A stretch of 64,000 bases of DNA, from positions 64,798,819-64,862,818 of the forward strand of contig NC_057719.1 in assembly GCF_004010195.1 (NCBI RefSeq), given 5' to 3'. The first letter of the stretch is position 1; the number at the start of each line of letters is the position of its first letter. The position numbers and the translations under genes were made by a program. The DNA is from Chiloscyllium plagiosum. Lineage: Eukaryota. Below the pieces are notes generated by a model. That model was given only the letters and a program-made list of their open reading frames with translations, was not told the origin of the DNA and searched no databases. This document shows, piece after piece, positions 26,850 through 39,919 of the stretch.

Positions 26850-29057
26850 AGGATGCTGAAAGAGATGGCTGGAATATGTAAGTACACCTGTGACAGGCTG
26901 ATGCTTATCTAGTCTGAGAGATAGCTTTCCTCCTTCTTGCACAAGTTAAACCTTTGTTATGTATAATATTAAAGTGATATATGCAGTAACATAATAAATT
27001 CTGAATTATATATCTGGAAATAGCACACAATTTATATATTAGAAAGTAATAATGAATATTTGTAGAATGTGTTGATGTGCTATTTTTAGAAGGTTATCTG
27101 GTAGCTTATAATGTAATATAATTCTGTTAACATGAAGAGATGTGGAAGCTAGAGCAAATTATGTTTCAAAGTGGAGCAATTCTTGGTGTACTATGCATGT
27201 TTGTTCCTAAATAATTGTTGATCCAAAAACTAATGTCTTTGCTGTTCTTTATTAGACTCAAAAGTCCTAACTTTATAAAGATTTTCACTTCTGTTTTATG
27301 TTCATCCATTTAAGAAAACCTGAACTTCTCGGAGCTTCAAGGCATACTTCACTGAGTTCATAATTAATGTAGATTGCAGGAAGTCCTCAACTTTGGATGT
27401 TGGTACACACTGTCATGGAATGGTTTAAATTTTACAAGTTTGGTGCAAATATGAGTATTTTGTTTGTGAAGAGGGATGAAGGCAAAGTCAATGAGTGTAG
27501 CTGAGATTGAAGGGAGAGTTGAAATGTTGTGACCTAGCCTAAGCATTTGTGGTGTTATAAATTGTGCTGCTGAAGTCATTGAAGACAGGGCTGCCTTACG
27601 TGGTTTAAAGGACAGCCAAAATCTCTTGCTTCAACAGATAGGTTGTGTTTGTATTTTATTAAAATTTCAATGATCTGAAGCAGATAGTAATGCAAGGGAT
27701 GCATTGTCTCTGTGTGGTATGCAAACAATTATTTTGCTGCATTGCAAAATAAACCAATGACATTTTAGCAAAGTATTTCTTTCATTTGATTCAGAACGAG
27801 ATATGTTTCAATGGATTGCTTATCCACTGAAGGATTTATTAGTCTGTTGAACACAGGCCAATTAGAACTACGCAGCAGTTCCATACAGTTGTCTTGAATG
27901 TCAGAACTCCAAAAGTGAGGTATGCACGGACATAGGTACGACATATTTCAATTCTCAACACGGAATATATGAAGGGAGTGAGAAAAGCCAAGTTTGCTAT
28001 TCACTGGACCTTATGCACTAACTGGTAGCAATGCTGGCTCCTTGGAGAGACAAAAACAGAGGAGAAAATCTGCAGTCAATTTCAAGAGAAACTGGGAAAT
28101 TCCTTCCAGACTCTGTAAGGCAAGGAAACACACTCCAAGACGCCTACATTACCAGTGACACATCATTGGGCAACCTTAACTAAGCCACATGCTGCATATG
28201 CTGTATCGTTCTCCTCACTCAGGAGCTTGTGAAATCCCTGCATAATGGCATGTGGCACAGTGGCATGTTTATAGCTTGTTTTACAGGCTTAAATCTATAT
28301 TCATTTTGAATGTCTTGTACAAATCTGTGGCAGCAATCTTCTTATGAATCAAAGAAAATTAACCTTATCCTGCAATTGTTGAAATAAATATTCTAATTTC
28401 TCAAGCCAGTGCTGTGACCAAGAATATTTTATATTGATCGTACAGCATTACCTTTATTGCTTTAGGAGCATGATACTTTAAGTGCAAACACACTAAAGAA
28501 ATTTATAGAATAAGTATTGTGTTTTTAATTTCATTTGTCTATGAGTATTTACAATAATGCATTTTCTTATAGCTGCCTCAAATTACTTTCTATCCTTTAC
28601 TGATTAGTTAGTGTTCCATAAACATTTCCAACACTAAATTTTCATGGATGATAGGTATCCACGAATCATAGTCCCATGTGTATAACACCTTTTACTCCAT
28701 CAGTAACATCTACCACTTATGACCCTATTCAATGCTAAGCTACTTCTTTTAAAGCTCCAGATATGTTCATACAGATGCTAACATTGACTTTGTGGAAGCA
28801 TTCTTGCTTCAATCATACATTTATCTGTTCAAGTCCTATTCTATAGGTTGGGGGGGGGGGGGGGAGGCGGGGGTGACTGTATTGAGGAAGGGTCTGCTTT
28901 AGAAAGAAAAGCAGTCCCAAGAACTTGAAAACTACAGCAGACTTCAAAAAGACTTAAAGAGCAGGAGTCATTTTTGCACTGGGGCCTAGAAGGGAATATG
29001 AACACAGAATGAATGAATACTTGATTTGTGAACCTGTCCAGGCAGATAGTTGGTAAC

Positions 29058-29267
29058 TGAAATAACTCCACAGAGGCTGGTATCCTGTCACCAAGTCCCC
29101 CTTTACGTAGGCGGGCATAGTACTTGACACTGAGTTATCAGAGCCAGCTCTCCGAGTGAACAGAACCTCTGATACTCTTGTTTATATCTGTCAGCCAGGG
29201 CTCACTGACTGGGGCTGTTAACTTGGTCCAATGAGGTCTACTGGCTGACCTCATTACAATCACTATA
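29058..29267 (-). mobile_element. Solo LTR of the Gypsy family at 9369-11472
   Basis: Starts TGAAATAACTCCACAGAGGCTGGTATCCTGTCA and ends CAATCACTATA like the two LTRs; no internal sequence; flanks GTAAC and GTTAT may be a decayed TSD. Confidence 0.88.
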
Positions 29268-30274
29268 GTTATAAATTGGGCTGTGGAAACTGCAGGTCCG
29301 TCAAGAGATCACTGGATGTCATTCCTCCTCAAAACGGAGAAAAAAAGCATGTTATCGACAAAAGTAAGAACTCAAACGGCAGCTGAAAGGAACATAGGGC
29401 AGAATTTTAAAAAAGCACGGAATATATGAAGGGAATGAGAACAGCTTGATTACTAAATCTCCATGCAGAGAAAACTTGTACTTTATAAACTATTTTAGAT
29501 CCCCCTGACATTTATGCCATTTGTAGACAACAATGAAATGAGTATGATTGCTATCAAATTCCCCAGCATGATTTGGAAGGTCGCAGTTGCTCTATCTGAA
29601 TTTATGTTTTTTGAGCAAAAGGTAGAATTTAATATTTTGGATTTAACTCTTAAAACAGGTAAGCAAGCAGTAAAAAGAAGGATCGAAAATAAGGAAATGA
29701 GGGCTTACACAGAGTTCCCCAGGCGGACTGGAGAGATCCTACTAAACCATGGGAAATGCTGCAAAATTAACTTCATGTAAAAGTAATCTAGAGCTGATGT
29801 TTTGCAAATAGTGTGGCTTTTCCGAGGCTGAAATGTTTCAGTTGATAATGGGTTGGTTTAGTTTCAATGTCTATTTAAGGTCTCCAAAAAGATCTCTTGG
29901 AGAAAAAGAAAGGTCACAACATCAACACATCCACTACAAATGGCAGGAAATGGGACCGTTAATGGGACAGTCTACACCAGAAGCAGAATGGGACCAACAT
30001 CCTCGCGGGAGGGTTTGCTATTGCTGCTGAGAGGAGCTAAATGAGTTCAGCAGCAGCAAGCGAAACAGTGTGTTAGTTCAATAATGATACAGCATACCTT
30101 AGAAAAGGAACCTAGGCAGAGGGCATTCAGACTTGTTGAGTCTCAAGAGGGTAAGTTGAGCTGGATGGCCTCTACTTTAATGCAAGTTATAAGGACTCTA
30201 CTTTAATACAAGGTAAAGATGAGACAGATGATTTAAGTGTATGGATTGACATATGGAATACAATGACAAAATTG

Positions 30275-31074
30275 AGCAATACAGATGCTGGAGATCAGAG
30301 TCAAGATTAGAGTGGTGTTCGAAAAGCACAGCAGGTCAGGCAGCATCCGAGCAGCAGGAAAGCAACAACCCACCCTCCATCCTGGCATCTTCCCCTGCCA
30401 TTACAACAATTGCAAAACCTGCACCCACACATCCACCCTCACCTACATCCAAGGCCCCAAAGGAGCCTTCCACATCCATCAATTTCAGCTGCACTTCTCC
30501 ACATGTCATTTACTGTATCCGTTGCTCCCGATGCAGTCCCCTCTACATTGGGGAGACTGGCCGCCTACTTGCAGAGCACTTCAGAAAACCCACACCAATC
30601 AACCCCACTGCGCTTTGGCCGAACGTTTCAACTCCCCCTCCCACTCTGCCAAGGACATGCATGTCCTGAGCCTCCTCCACCGCCACTCCCTCACCACCCA
30701 ACATCTGGAGGAAGAATGCCTCATCTTCTGCCTCGGAACCCTTCAACCCCATGGCATCAATGTGAACTTCCTCACCCCACTTTACCCCAGTTCCAACCTT
30801 CCAGCTCAGCACCATCCTCATGACCTGTCCCATCCGTCAATCTTCCTTCCCATCTATTCGCTCCACCCTCCTCTCTGAGGTATTTCCTTCACCCTCACCT
30901 CCGTCCACCTATTGCACTCTCAGCTACCTTCCCCCCAGCACCCCCATGTATCTCTCCACCCCTGAGACTCCCAGCCTCATTGCTGATGAAGGGCTTTTGC
31001 CCAAAACATCGATTTTCCTGCTTCTCGGATGCTGCCTGACCTGCTGTGCTTTTCCAGCACCACTCTAATCTTGA
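30275..31074 (+). mobile_element. Penelope-like retroelement 3' part (GIY-YIG endonuclease plus pLTR) with short inverted pLTR at its 5' side
   Basis: FSCTSPHVIYCIRCSRCSPLYIGETGRLLAEHFR and LIFCLGTLQPHGIN; 30297-30360 is the reverse complement of about 31015-31074. Confidence 0.92.
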
Positions 31075-31184
31075 CATGGAATGCGATGTTATTGCCGTTG
31101 CATGACTGGCAACATAACATCGCAGGTAGAGGATTTTCAGGCAGGGAAGGATTAAAAGAGAAGGCAGTGGTGCATTATTTCTTA

Positions 31185-31380
31185 AAGGTTGTCATAGTTC
31201 CATAGAGCTGCTTTCTCTTAGAGACAGAGAGCAACGACTGGTGGTGGTTTAACCTGAGGATCACCACATTTCAGGCACGGGCGAGGTTGCGATGGTATGG
31301 GAATTGAACTTGTGCTGTTGGCATCACACTGCATTGCAAACCAGCCAACCAGCTAACTGAGCTAACCAACTCCCAAACCA
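31185..31380 (-). mobile_element. tRNA-derived SINE remnant
   Basis: Minus strand TAGCTCAGTTAG (A box-like) ... GTTCAATTCCC (B box-like). Confidence 0.65.
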
Positions 31381-31502
31381 TTGCAAGGTTTCATCAGGAA
31401 TAATCACCATGGCTTTGTCAGAGGGAGGTCATGTCGAACAAATTGGTTGAACTTTTCAAGATGGTGACCAAGTGAGCAGATGAGGGTAAGGCACATGATG
31501 TA

Positions 31503-32248
31503 CTGGGGAACCTTGATTATCCAAACGTGATGGGCGGACAATATTTTGTTCGGATAATCGATTATTCGGTCAATCGATTAAATGCCTTTCCTCTGGGGCT
31601 CGGAATTTTTAAAGTCTGCTCCCTGTTCAGGAGACAAGGCAGCAGCACACAGTGCACGAGGTGCCGCCCCTAACCCTGTCCAATACTGCCCCCCGGCTCC
31701 CAAAACCGCCCCCCCCGCCCCCTAACCTCGTCCAACACCATCCCCCCCACCTCCCGCCCACCACCCAACCCTGCACACACACCCACCCCCTCTCCGGGGC
31801 AGCCGGACTGTATACCAACAACAAGACTGCTGCTGCAGCTGCCTTTGTGGGGTTAGTCTCCAAAAACACACACACACACACACACACACACAATCACACA
31901 CACAATCACACACACAATCACACACACAATCACACACACAATCACAATCACAAACACAACTTTTTACTGCTATGTTTTGACAGGTTCCACCTTTGCCCGT
32001 ACAAGACAATGTTGGAGAGATTATCTGGGGAAGGGGGGTTTAGGGTACACCCCTGTGTAGAACTCCAGGGAAAGTGTGAGGAGAGAGAGAGCGGGCAGGC
32101 AGACAGTTATTTGGAGATGGTGCCTGTTTAATCACTGTAAACAAAAGACGTGATCACTATTGGAAATATGTCTTTGATGTAATGTTTCCATCGGGACCTG
32201 GAGATCTCCTTTGAACAATCTGATTTTCGGATAATTAAGGCTCTTCTG
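31503..32248. mobile_element. Non-autonomous Tc1/mariner-pogo/Tigger-type DNA transposon (MITE)
   Basis: Imperfect TIRs CTGGGGAACCTTGATTATCCAAA and TTCGGATAATTAAGGCTCTTCTG; TA on both sides (31501-31502, 32249-32250); removing it restores the CR1 RT motif. Confidence 0.85.
31866..31958. repeat. Compound microsatellite (CA)n / (CACACACAAT)n
   Basis: Directly visible. Confidence 0.95.
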
Positions 32249-32899
32249 TAGTTTATGTGGATTTCTGCAAGATCTTTGACAAGGTCTCACTTGGGAGACT
32301 GATAAAGAAGGAAAAGCATGTGGCATCCAAGGTAGTGTGGCAAGTTGGATACAGCATTGGCTTAGTGGCAGGGTGGTCGTAGAAAACTATTTGATGTGAC
32401 TGGAGGCCAATGTCCATTGGTGTGCCTGAGGGACCAGTGCTGGGTCCCTAATTGTTTGCAATACACACATAAGCTGTAGATGAGAATTTGGCAGAGATGA
32501 TAAGTAAGTTTGTGAAACTCATGAAAATTGGCTGGGTGTTTGCCAGTGAAGAAGTTACACCAGGTTATAGACAACTTGATCAGATGGGCAGGTCAGTGAC
32601 TGATGCAATTTAACCCTGATAATCTGAGGTGATGCATTTTGGAATAACTAACAAGATAAAGGTATACAGAATGAATGGCAGGATACTAGGAAGCTCAGTA
32701 TAACAGAGGGATCTTAGGTACTTTCCCGCAAATCCCTGTAGGTGCAGGGCAGGTTCATAGTTTAGTAATGAAGGTATATAAGGTTCTTGCCTTTATCAGT
32801 CATATCACAGATTATAAGAGCAGGGAAATCATGTTAGAGCTGTACCGAAGTTTGTCAGGCCACAGCTGGAGTACAGTGTGCAGTTCTGTTCACTACACT

Positions 32900-33300
32900 T
32901 TTGACTTGATTTATTTGATTTATTTATTGTCACTTGTATTTTGTTACAAAATATATTGTAAAGTGAAGTATAGTATCGCTGCTCGCCAGCGCCATCTTAA
33001 AACACACAAAAACAAATTAAAACATAGAATATAAAAGCAGAAAAATAAAATTCAACTTTACAGTCCTTCTTGCTAATTGCATAGCCATGGGCCTGGAGTG
33101 GTCAGCCATGAGTCCCCTTGCTGCGCCGCTGGAAAAAGACACCTTGCCAATACAGCCACCAGTGATGCAGCCAGGTCTCGTACTGGGCCCAAACTCACCT
33201 CTGCTGCCGCCTCCATGAATGCAGACACCACAGAGAACCCATCTTGCCTCCGCCGCAGCCGCCATGAGTCGATGCTGGGTCTACCTTGTAGGAAATCTGA
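32900..33300 (-). mobile_element. Unclassified retroposon-like repeat (GC-rich body, AT-rich simple-repeat 3' tail)
   Basis: Abrupt composition change at the CR1 break; minus strand ends AAGATGGCGCTGGCGAGCAGCG...ACAATAAATAAATCAAATAAATCAA. Confidence 0.45.
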
Positions 33301-34629
33301 CATCCTTCCCTGATCTATCCTATATGTAACGCCAGACTGACAGCAATTTGGCTGAATTTTTCCTGATTTTTGAAATAATTTAGCAAACGTTCAGTTCAAG
33401 GGCAGTTATTGATGGGAAACCAGTATTGACCTTGCAAGCAATGCCCACATCCCACAAAAGGAAATGAAAAAAAAGTCAATGGATATCTCACCAATTTTAA
33501 ACTGCATCTGGCTTTAGAACTCCAAAGTCAATGTTTTTTATGTATCTTCAGAAGCTATTAAGTAAATTATCTATGGATTCTCTTTGCTGAACTCTTCCAT
33601 TAAATTTTGCTCTTTCAATGGTCTAATCAGGTCTGAGGTTTATGGAATTTTCAAAGGCTTGCAGAACCTGATCAAAAGTATCTGTTGCTTCTTTTATCCC
33701 TTGGTAAACTATAACACACTTCCAATTGTATTTATTGGTTCAGCTTCTGATTTAGTGTGTAGTTTCAAAGCAATTCTGTATCTTAAAAAAATATTTCTCC
33801 AAGATGTCCAATTCTTTGATACAGTGACCATCTCTGAAATTAGTTTGCTCTCGTCAGTCAGGCACTTGGTCCCACCAGAGTCCTTTGTCCTTTCAGAATG
33901 AGGATGAGGCTGCAATTAGTTCTGCAAATTGAGTACATGCAGTCGAGAGATTAATTATAGATTAGTCAGGGTGCTGTTGATAACCAGTAAGTTGAGAGTA
34001 ATCTGAGGAACCTTCTTTTGAGCCTTTCATCATTAATGAACCTTCAATGTTTCAAGTCTATATAGATTATTAAGTTGTCCTGAAACGTTTCAGCATTTTA
34101 TGGGACAGCATTTTAGCTACAAGAGGTAGTGCTTTGTAAAACATTTTTAAGACTTACATTTTGGTGAGTTTAGTTTGTAATAACCACACAAATTCAGCAA
34201 CTTCATGCCATTCAGTATATTTTATGGGTGAACCAGACACTAAGTTGCAATACAGTGATGCAGCATATACATATACAATGGGATATTCAAGTATAACGGC
34301 ATATCTATTCCTGTTCTGAAGTAGCTGTACAATTTACACATAAGTAACAAAAAGAGCCATTAGCCTCACCAATTCTTTAACAGCAAATTCTGGCTCATTC
34401 CCTTTGGAAGAAGATAGACATAAGGCAGGGGTTTTTAGTCAGGTGAAGAACCAGAGGAAATAATAGCTCGTTTTATTGCACATTGTCAGTACAAACCTGA
34501 TGAGCTGAATAACTTTCATTTGTTACTGATATTCCTACAGTTGGACCAGATCAAGCAACAACTTATTCTTCTTTGGATGAGTTTGCATTGCACTCTTTTA
34601 GAAAGCTCTTTGTTTGGATTTTCATTTCA

Positions 34630-34935
34630 GTCTTAGCTTACTGGGGTAACACTTTTGGCTCTCAGTCAGAAGGTTATGCATTCAAACCTTGCTTGATTTA
34701 AGCACATCATGTAGTCTGAAACTCAAGTGCAGTGATGATGAGTGGTTGGAGGTTTTCTGAACAATATTTATTCCTCAAATAACATTGCTTCAAAAAATGG
34801 TCTGGTCAGTATCACATTTTGTTTATGGAAATTTGTTGAATACAAATTGGCTGCTGCACGTCCTACATATATGACATTTAACAATTAAAGCACTTTAAGA
34901 CATCCTGATATTATGCAAATGCTTTGTAAGTTGTT
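34630..34935 (+). mobile_element. Ancient Deu-domain SINE-like remnant
   Basis: tRNA-like head CTCTCAGTCAGAAGGTTATGCATTCAAACC, then CAATATTTATTCCTCAA...CAAATTGGCTGCTGC and an L2-like tail; weaker relatives near 36780-37000(-) and 48985-49130. Confidence 0.6.
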
Positions 34936-37900
34936 TGCTTCTTGGGTCATCTGTGAATTTATTTAAGATTCTATTAAGGGATGTAATGTTTCAGTAAAAG
35001 GTCTTGAATAAAATGCAAATTAGCTTTCTTCCAATCAATAAAAGTTAAAATTTGTCACTGTCAGTTCTTACTTCTGACTCACTCAGTTGATATATTTGTT
35101 AAAAATAAGTTTTTTTTTCAGTTGACTTTAGAGATAATCAATTTTAATTTATTTTTGTAAGCTTGCAAGGGATTCTTCCAGGGAATATGGTTTCAGAATA
35201 TGTTGTACATAGTTTGCGCAACCACTGATTCAATAAAATGAGAGATAAAGATTAATGGGTGTTTAGAAGTGAATGATTTAATAAAGATCATTCAGCTCAA
35301 ATTTCTTAAAACAAGTCATAATTCATAAATTTAAGTATTTTTATTTGAAGAAATTAATTACTAGTTATGTAAAAAATATCGTTGATATATATGAATTTTG
35401 AGAAGGTATTTAGTGAAGTGATTCTCAGGAAATCTATTGGAAGATTTCAGATGAATAGTTTAAGAAGAATTATAACAGCATGGATGGAAAGTTAGTTGCT
35501 GGATAGGAGACAGTCAGGCAGGAGACTGGGCTCAACAAAGATTAGTGGCTGGCAATGAATGCTTTTTTGGTATACAAGAATGATTTGGGCTTGTACGCAT
35601 AACCCTCTTAGAGAGTTAATAGGTGACCCTAAGCAGCTCATTAGTGAAGAGAATAAAAGATACAAAACCTTTTCACTTGTGGCTAAAGGAGACTGAGGAA
35701 AGTGACAATCATGTCAAAGTGTGAGAGGTGGTCAGGAGGATAATGGATTGGTACTATACGAGATGGTTGAGCTTTTGTTTGGAGACTTGAATGAAAAATA
35801 GCAATGGTATTGATATTAATTGTATTGATGGCGAACAAATACCCATATGCTTTTTTTTAATGTGAGACTGGGAGGAAATAATAGGTTGTTTGTCCCATAT
35901 GGTAGGAGGGATATATGTATTTCCACAACACGTTTGATGAGAAGGGAGTCACCCACACCAACCAGACTTGAATACCCTGTGGGATGTCATTCAGGATTCA
36001 GAACCAGAGCTTTGGCACAGAAAATGAAACTATACCACTAAGTTAAAGGCCCACTCCCTCTAGTATATTAATAGAACTAGACAGCAACACCCTTCAGGCA
36101 AGTTTTTCATTCCATAAGCACTGGATCAATTACTCGCAAAACAGTCGTTTACTAAGTGATTATTTGAAAGCATTTCCTTATGCTCAGCGGTGCTCACTGG
36201 CAATGAGGAAGCTGCCAAACGTAGTTAGGTCAAGAATGGCCTCATGAGTATCTTTGTAGGCAGGCCCCCTAATTTAGATTTATAAAGCTTCTTTGCGAAG
36301 CAATGTTCACACTTTACAGAAAACCACAGAGTTAACAGCATAACAGCAAAAGAATTCAACCATGTATACATGAGCCATGGTTCAGTCTCCTGTTTTACTC
36401 TTCAAAAATTCAGCACTTGGTTTGTGGGTGGACCAGAAGACAGCTGCACTGTGCCATGTAACTAGTTTCTCATTCCCAAAGCAGCACAATCCCTGTGCTG
36501 TGGGTTCATGGAGATCTCTTGAGACCTAATAATTGAGTGGAAAAATGCTAAGAATTTTAGTCTTTGTTTTGTGAGGAGAAGTCTGCATACATCACATACT
36601 CCTTGTGGTTTACAGGTTATGGCATTTGTAATGACTAGTTTGAGAAAAGTTGCAGTGGATCAATGAGGTGCAGATAAAACCCATCATGTCTAAGGCATAA
36701 TAAGAACACATAGATATTTATGGTCACTTCAAACAGTCCCAAAGATATTCTTCTAAATAATTATTTCATAAGTGCAATATTAATGTTGACAAATTCATTT
36801 TGCATCATTATTGTCTCTGCATGTAGGTGAGGTGAATTATTAGTTAATGGGCTGCTATCAGTTGACCGAGAAACTGGGAAGAATTCCTTCTGTATTAGAT
36901 GATGCCCACCACAAAACATCAGTTTACTGTGCCATCTGAAGATAGAATGTCTGAAAATGCACATCCTGGTACCATATTGGAATGTCAGCTTGGATGAAGT
37001 GCATATCTACACTTCCTCCAGAGCTTCAGCAAACAGTTTGTCACCAAGGCAAACTGTCCACGAATCACTCCAAAATTTGCACTTTGTTTTGAAAATTATT
37101 ATTTCCCATTCTAAATCCTTCTACCCTGAACTCAAGACTGCAGTACTCATGACATCCTTCTGTCTTTTATACCTTTTTGAAATTGAAATAATGAAATCGG
37201 TATTTCCAGGTTTGAGGAATTGGCTGCATTCTATAAAAATGATGCCTGCTTGGATTTAAACAATGATCATAATGTAACATCTTACTTTACGTTGTGATTG
37301 TTATGTATGACAATTTTTGCCTCAGTCCATCTTCCTTTTTAATGTTTAAGGCTATGATTATTTACAAAATAATAACCTTTTTGTGAAAGTTCTTCTTCAA
37401 TCTATAATCAGATGTGTCAGTAATAAAAGTCATTATTGATTATAATTTCTGCAAGGATACCTTACAGATGGTGTGTTTGAATCTGAATTATAAAAATATC
37501 ACTTAATTGATTTCCAATGTGAAAATATAACATGCATCTCCACAAATAAATCTGCTGAAAATACTGAGTGCCAGAAGGGTTAAGATAATTACGCAGATGC
37601 ATTGTACAAAGTCATCTCTTATTTTGCAGTAAGACATCCAAGTATTAGACTCCATGTAGGTAGACTGTGGAAATTGAGAGATCTGTTCTGTTTCATCCAG
37701 TTTCTTCATGAAGATTATGTTTGGCTGCAATTAGCAGAAGACATTTTTTAGGCTTTTACAAGGAAATGTAAATGGCATCCAGTTGTAAGCTTGGTCTAAA
37801 TTGAACACTAGTTAAGCATACTTAAAGGAACTCTTGCCTTGAGGCTGTATGCTGGGATAAAAAAAATTGGAAGCATTTTCAATTAACATGGAATTCATTA

Positions 37901-38614
37901 TGTCTCTATACTTTTGTTTCGGAAGCTTTGCCAATATGTGCATACTGAGATGATTGGTAAATTGGGAACAATGCAGATCTTCACACACTGAAGAATCTGA
38001 ATTCATATCAATGAAGATGAAAACATTCTAAAGTGTCTTAATGATCTATCAATCTCAGTTTCAGCATACTATCAGACTTGGCCACTCCTGATGTTATCAG
38101 GATTCAATGGTATTGAAATCATACTACAATATTAATAGCAAATATATTAATAGTTTCAGATATATCTGTTAAAATAAATACATTTATCACAGTACTATTT
38201 TCTAAGGCTACACAACATGATTTAAACCATAGTGCTGAAATGCAAATGTACAGAGATATCTTCAGTATTGCTCCTTTACTGTCTGCTGCTGTAAGCGCAA
38301 ACCCAAACTAAACTATTTCATGAACAATTATATTCCCATACACATATTTTGATACCAACTCAGTTGGTGTCATTAATACTGATCCAAAATTGTTGATTAT
38401 ATGCACAACAATGAATTTGAGTCATATTTACCCACAAGATAATGATCCAAAAACATATTGCTTTGTTTCTATTTCTATTATTTTGTGTACTTTGACTGAC
38501 TTTGTACTGCAAAGCACAAATGTGCAAGGTTGATACCAAATGTGCATACTGGGAGAATGGTACGTTTTATATATCACCTAAAAATGCAGTAGAAATGTAA
38601 CCCCATCTGACACT

Positions 38615-38736
38615 AAGGCTTCTGCCAGAAACGTCAATTTTCCTGCTCCTCAGATGCCGCCTGACCTGCTGTGTTTTTCCAGCACCACTCTAATCTAGAC
38701 TCTGATTTCCAGCATCAGCAGTCCTCACTTTTGCCT
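38615..38736 (+). mobile_element. Penelope pLTR 3' stub
   Basis: GAAACGTCAATTTTCCTGCTCCTCAGATG...GCAGTCCTCACTTTTGCCT, same family as 30980-31074. Confidence 0.8.
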
Positions 38737-39919
38737 ACTATAATAAGAATAGTCTGTTTTCGTTTCTCAAACTGGCTATTTCTTTCCCTCATCAACTAGA
38801 CTGTTGGCTTTGTGTGATTTCTTTAATGATAACTGAAATGCCTTTATTGGAGTGTCGAACTAAGAGAAGGTTTAGAGGCATTTCGATTTATTTGCAGGAT
38901 TCAAAATTAGTTGTGCTTGTCAAGTTGGTTTTAGTTTGTTCAATAAGACAAATTTTCAATTTAATTACAATTAAATTGCAGACAAAGTGAAATTGAGGTG
39001 TTAAACATTAACTCTTGGAGGTTATGGGGACAAAGGAAGTTTGTGTTAGTTTTACAAGAGCAATGCAGTTATATAAACTCTTTCTGTTATTAAAACAGTA
39101 TGTAACCTACAGCATTGGAAGGCTGTCAGTTCATTTCAGTTTCTACAAATTGATTTTAGCAATCCAAGTCTACAATTAAGTAGTGAACTTGAAATAATTG
39201 GATTTTGCATAGCATAAATGTATCATTATTCAGTCTGAGAATAACATCCTTGGCAAAATCAATAGCAATAATTGCAGTCTGGAGGTTTTGTTTCCCATTG
39301 GAAGCTTCATTATAATTATTTTCCAGGATTTATATATTTTAAGTCCTGTATTTGAACCAAAGTCAATTATGTAGAAGTTGTCACATTTTAATGTAGCATA
39401 ACTATAAGCATATTCGTATTAAAAAAGGGACTAGAACATTTAAGTGATGCACTTATGCAGCTAAAGTTAGAGCTCAGATTACATTAAGGGAATTGTGCAT
39501 GAAGGAATTGATAATAACAGATCATTGCCTGCAGGAAGCTGGCTGAAAGAAAGAAAAGACAATTTGAATTCTTATAACACTGGAGATGTTTTGTAGTTAC
39601 AGGCAGTTTTCTTTGGTTTATAACCACACAAAATTAAGTGGTGGTATAATTTCAGTCATGTTTTATTCCTCTTCCAGAAGGAAGTGTAGTGAGATCCCTT
39701 GAAAGAGATTCATTCTCCCATTTGGGTGACAACTTGAAAAATAACTCACATTGCTGCAAGGTTGGAGAGAGTACCCATTCACAACAACCCAGCCAAGTCG
39801 AGTGTGGGCATGCTAGATGGGCTAGCTAATCTTTCCCTTTTTTACATTCCTACATAACTATCATAAACTAAGTCTGGTTTAAATGTCTGATTTAAAAACT
39901 CTCATTTATCACTTTATTT

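Larger units (their letters stand above)
29960..32900 (+). mobile_element. Fragmented CR1 LINE hosting Penelope, SINE and MITE insertions
   Basis: ORF1 end (DSLH...GTNILAGGFA), EN start (LYFNA), RT pieces NHHGFVRGRSC, AHDV|VYVDF, GVPEGPVLGP, QLEYSVQF. Confidence 0.8.

Noticed and set aside
28850..28874. G15 run as a functional G-quadruplex
   Set aside because: Simple homopolymer with no supporting context; length is unreliable in assemblies
31652..32131. 159-aa Pro/His/Thr-rich ORF and antisense Cys/Val-rich ORFs
   Set aside because: Translation of C-rich tracts and the CA microsatellite inside the MITE
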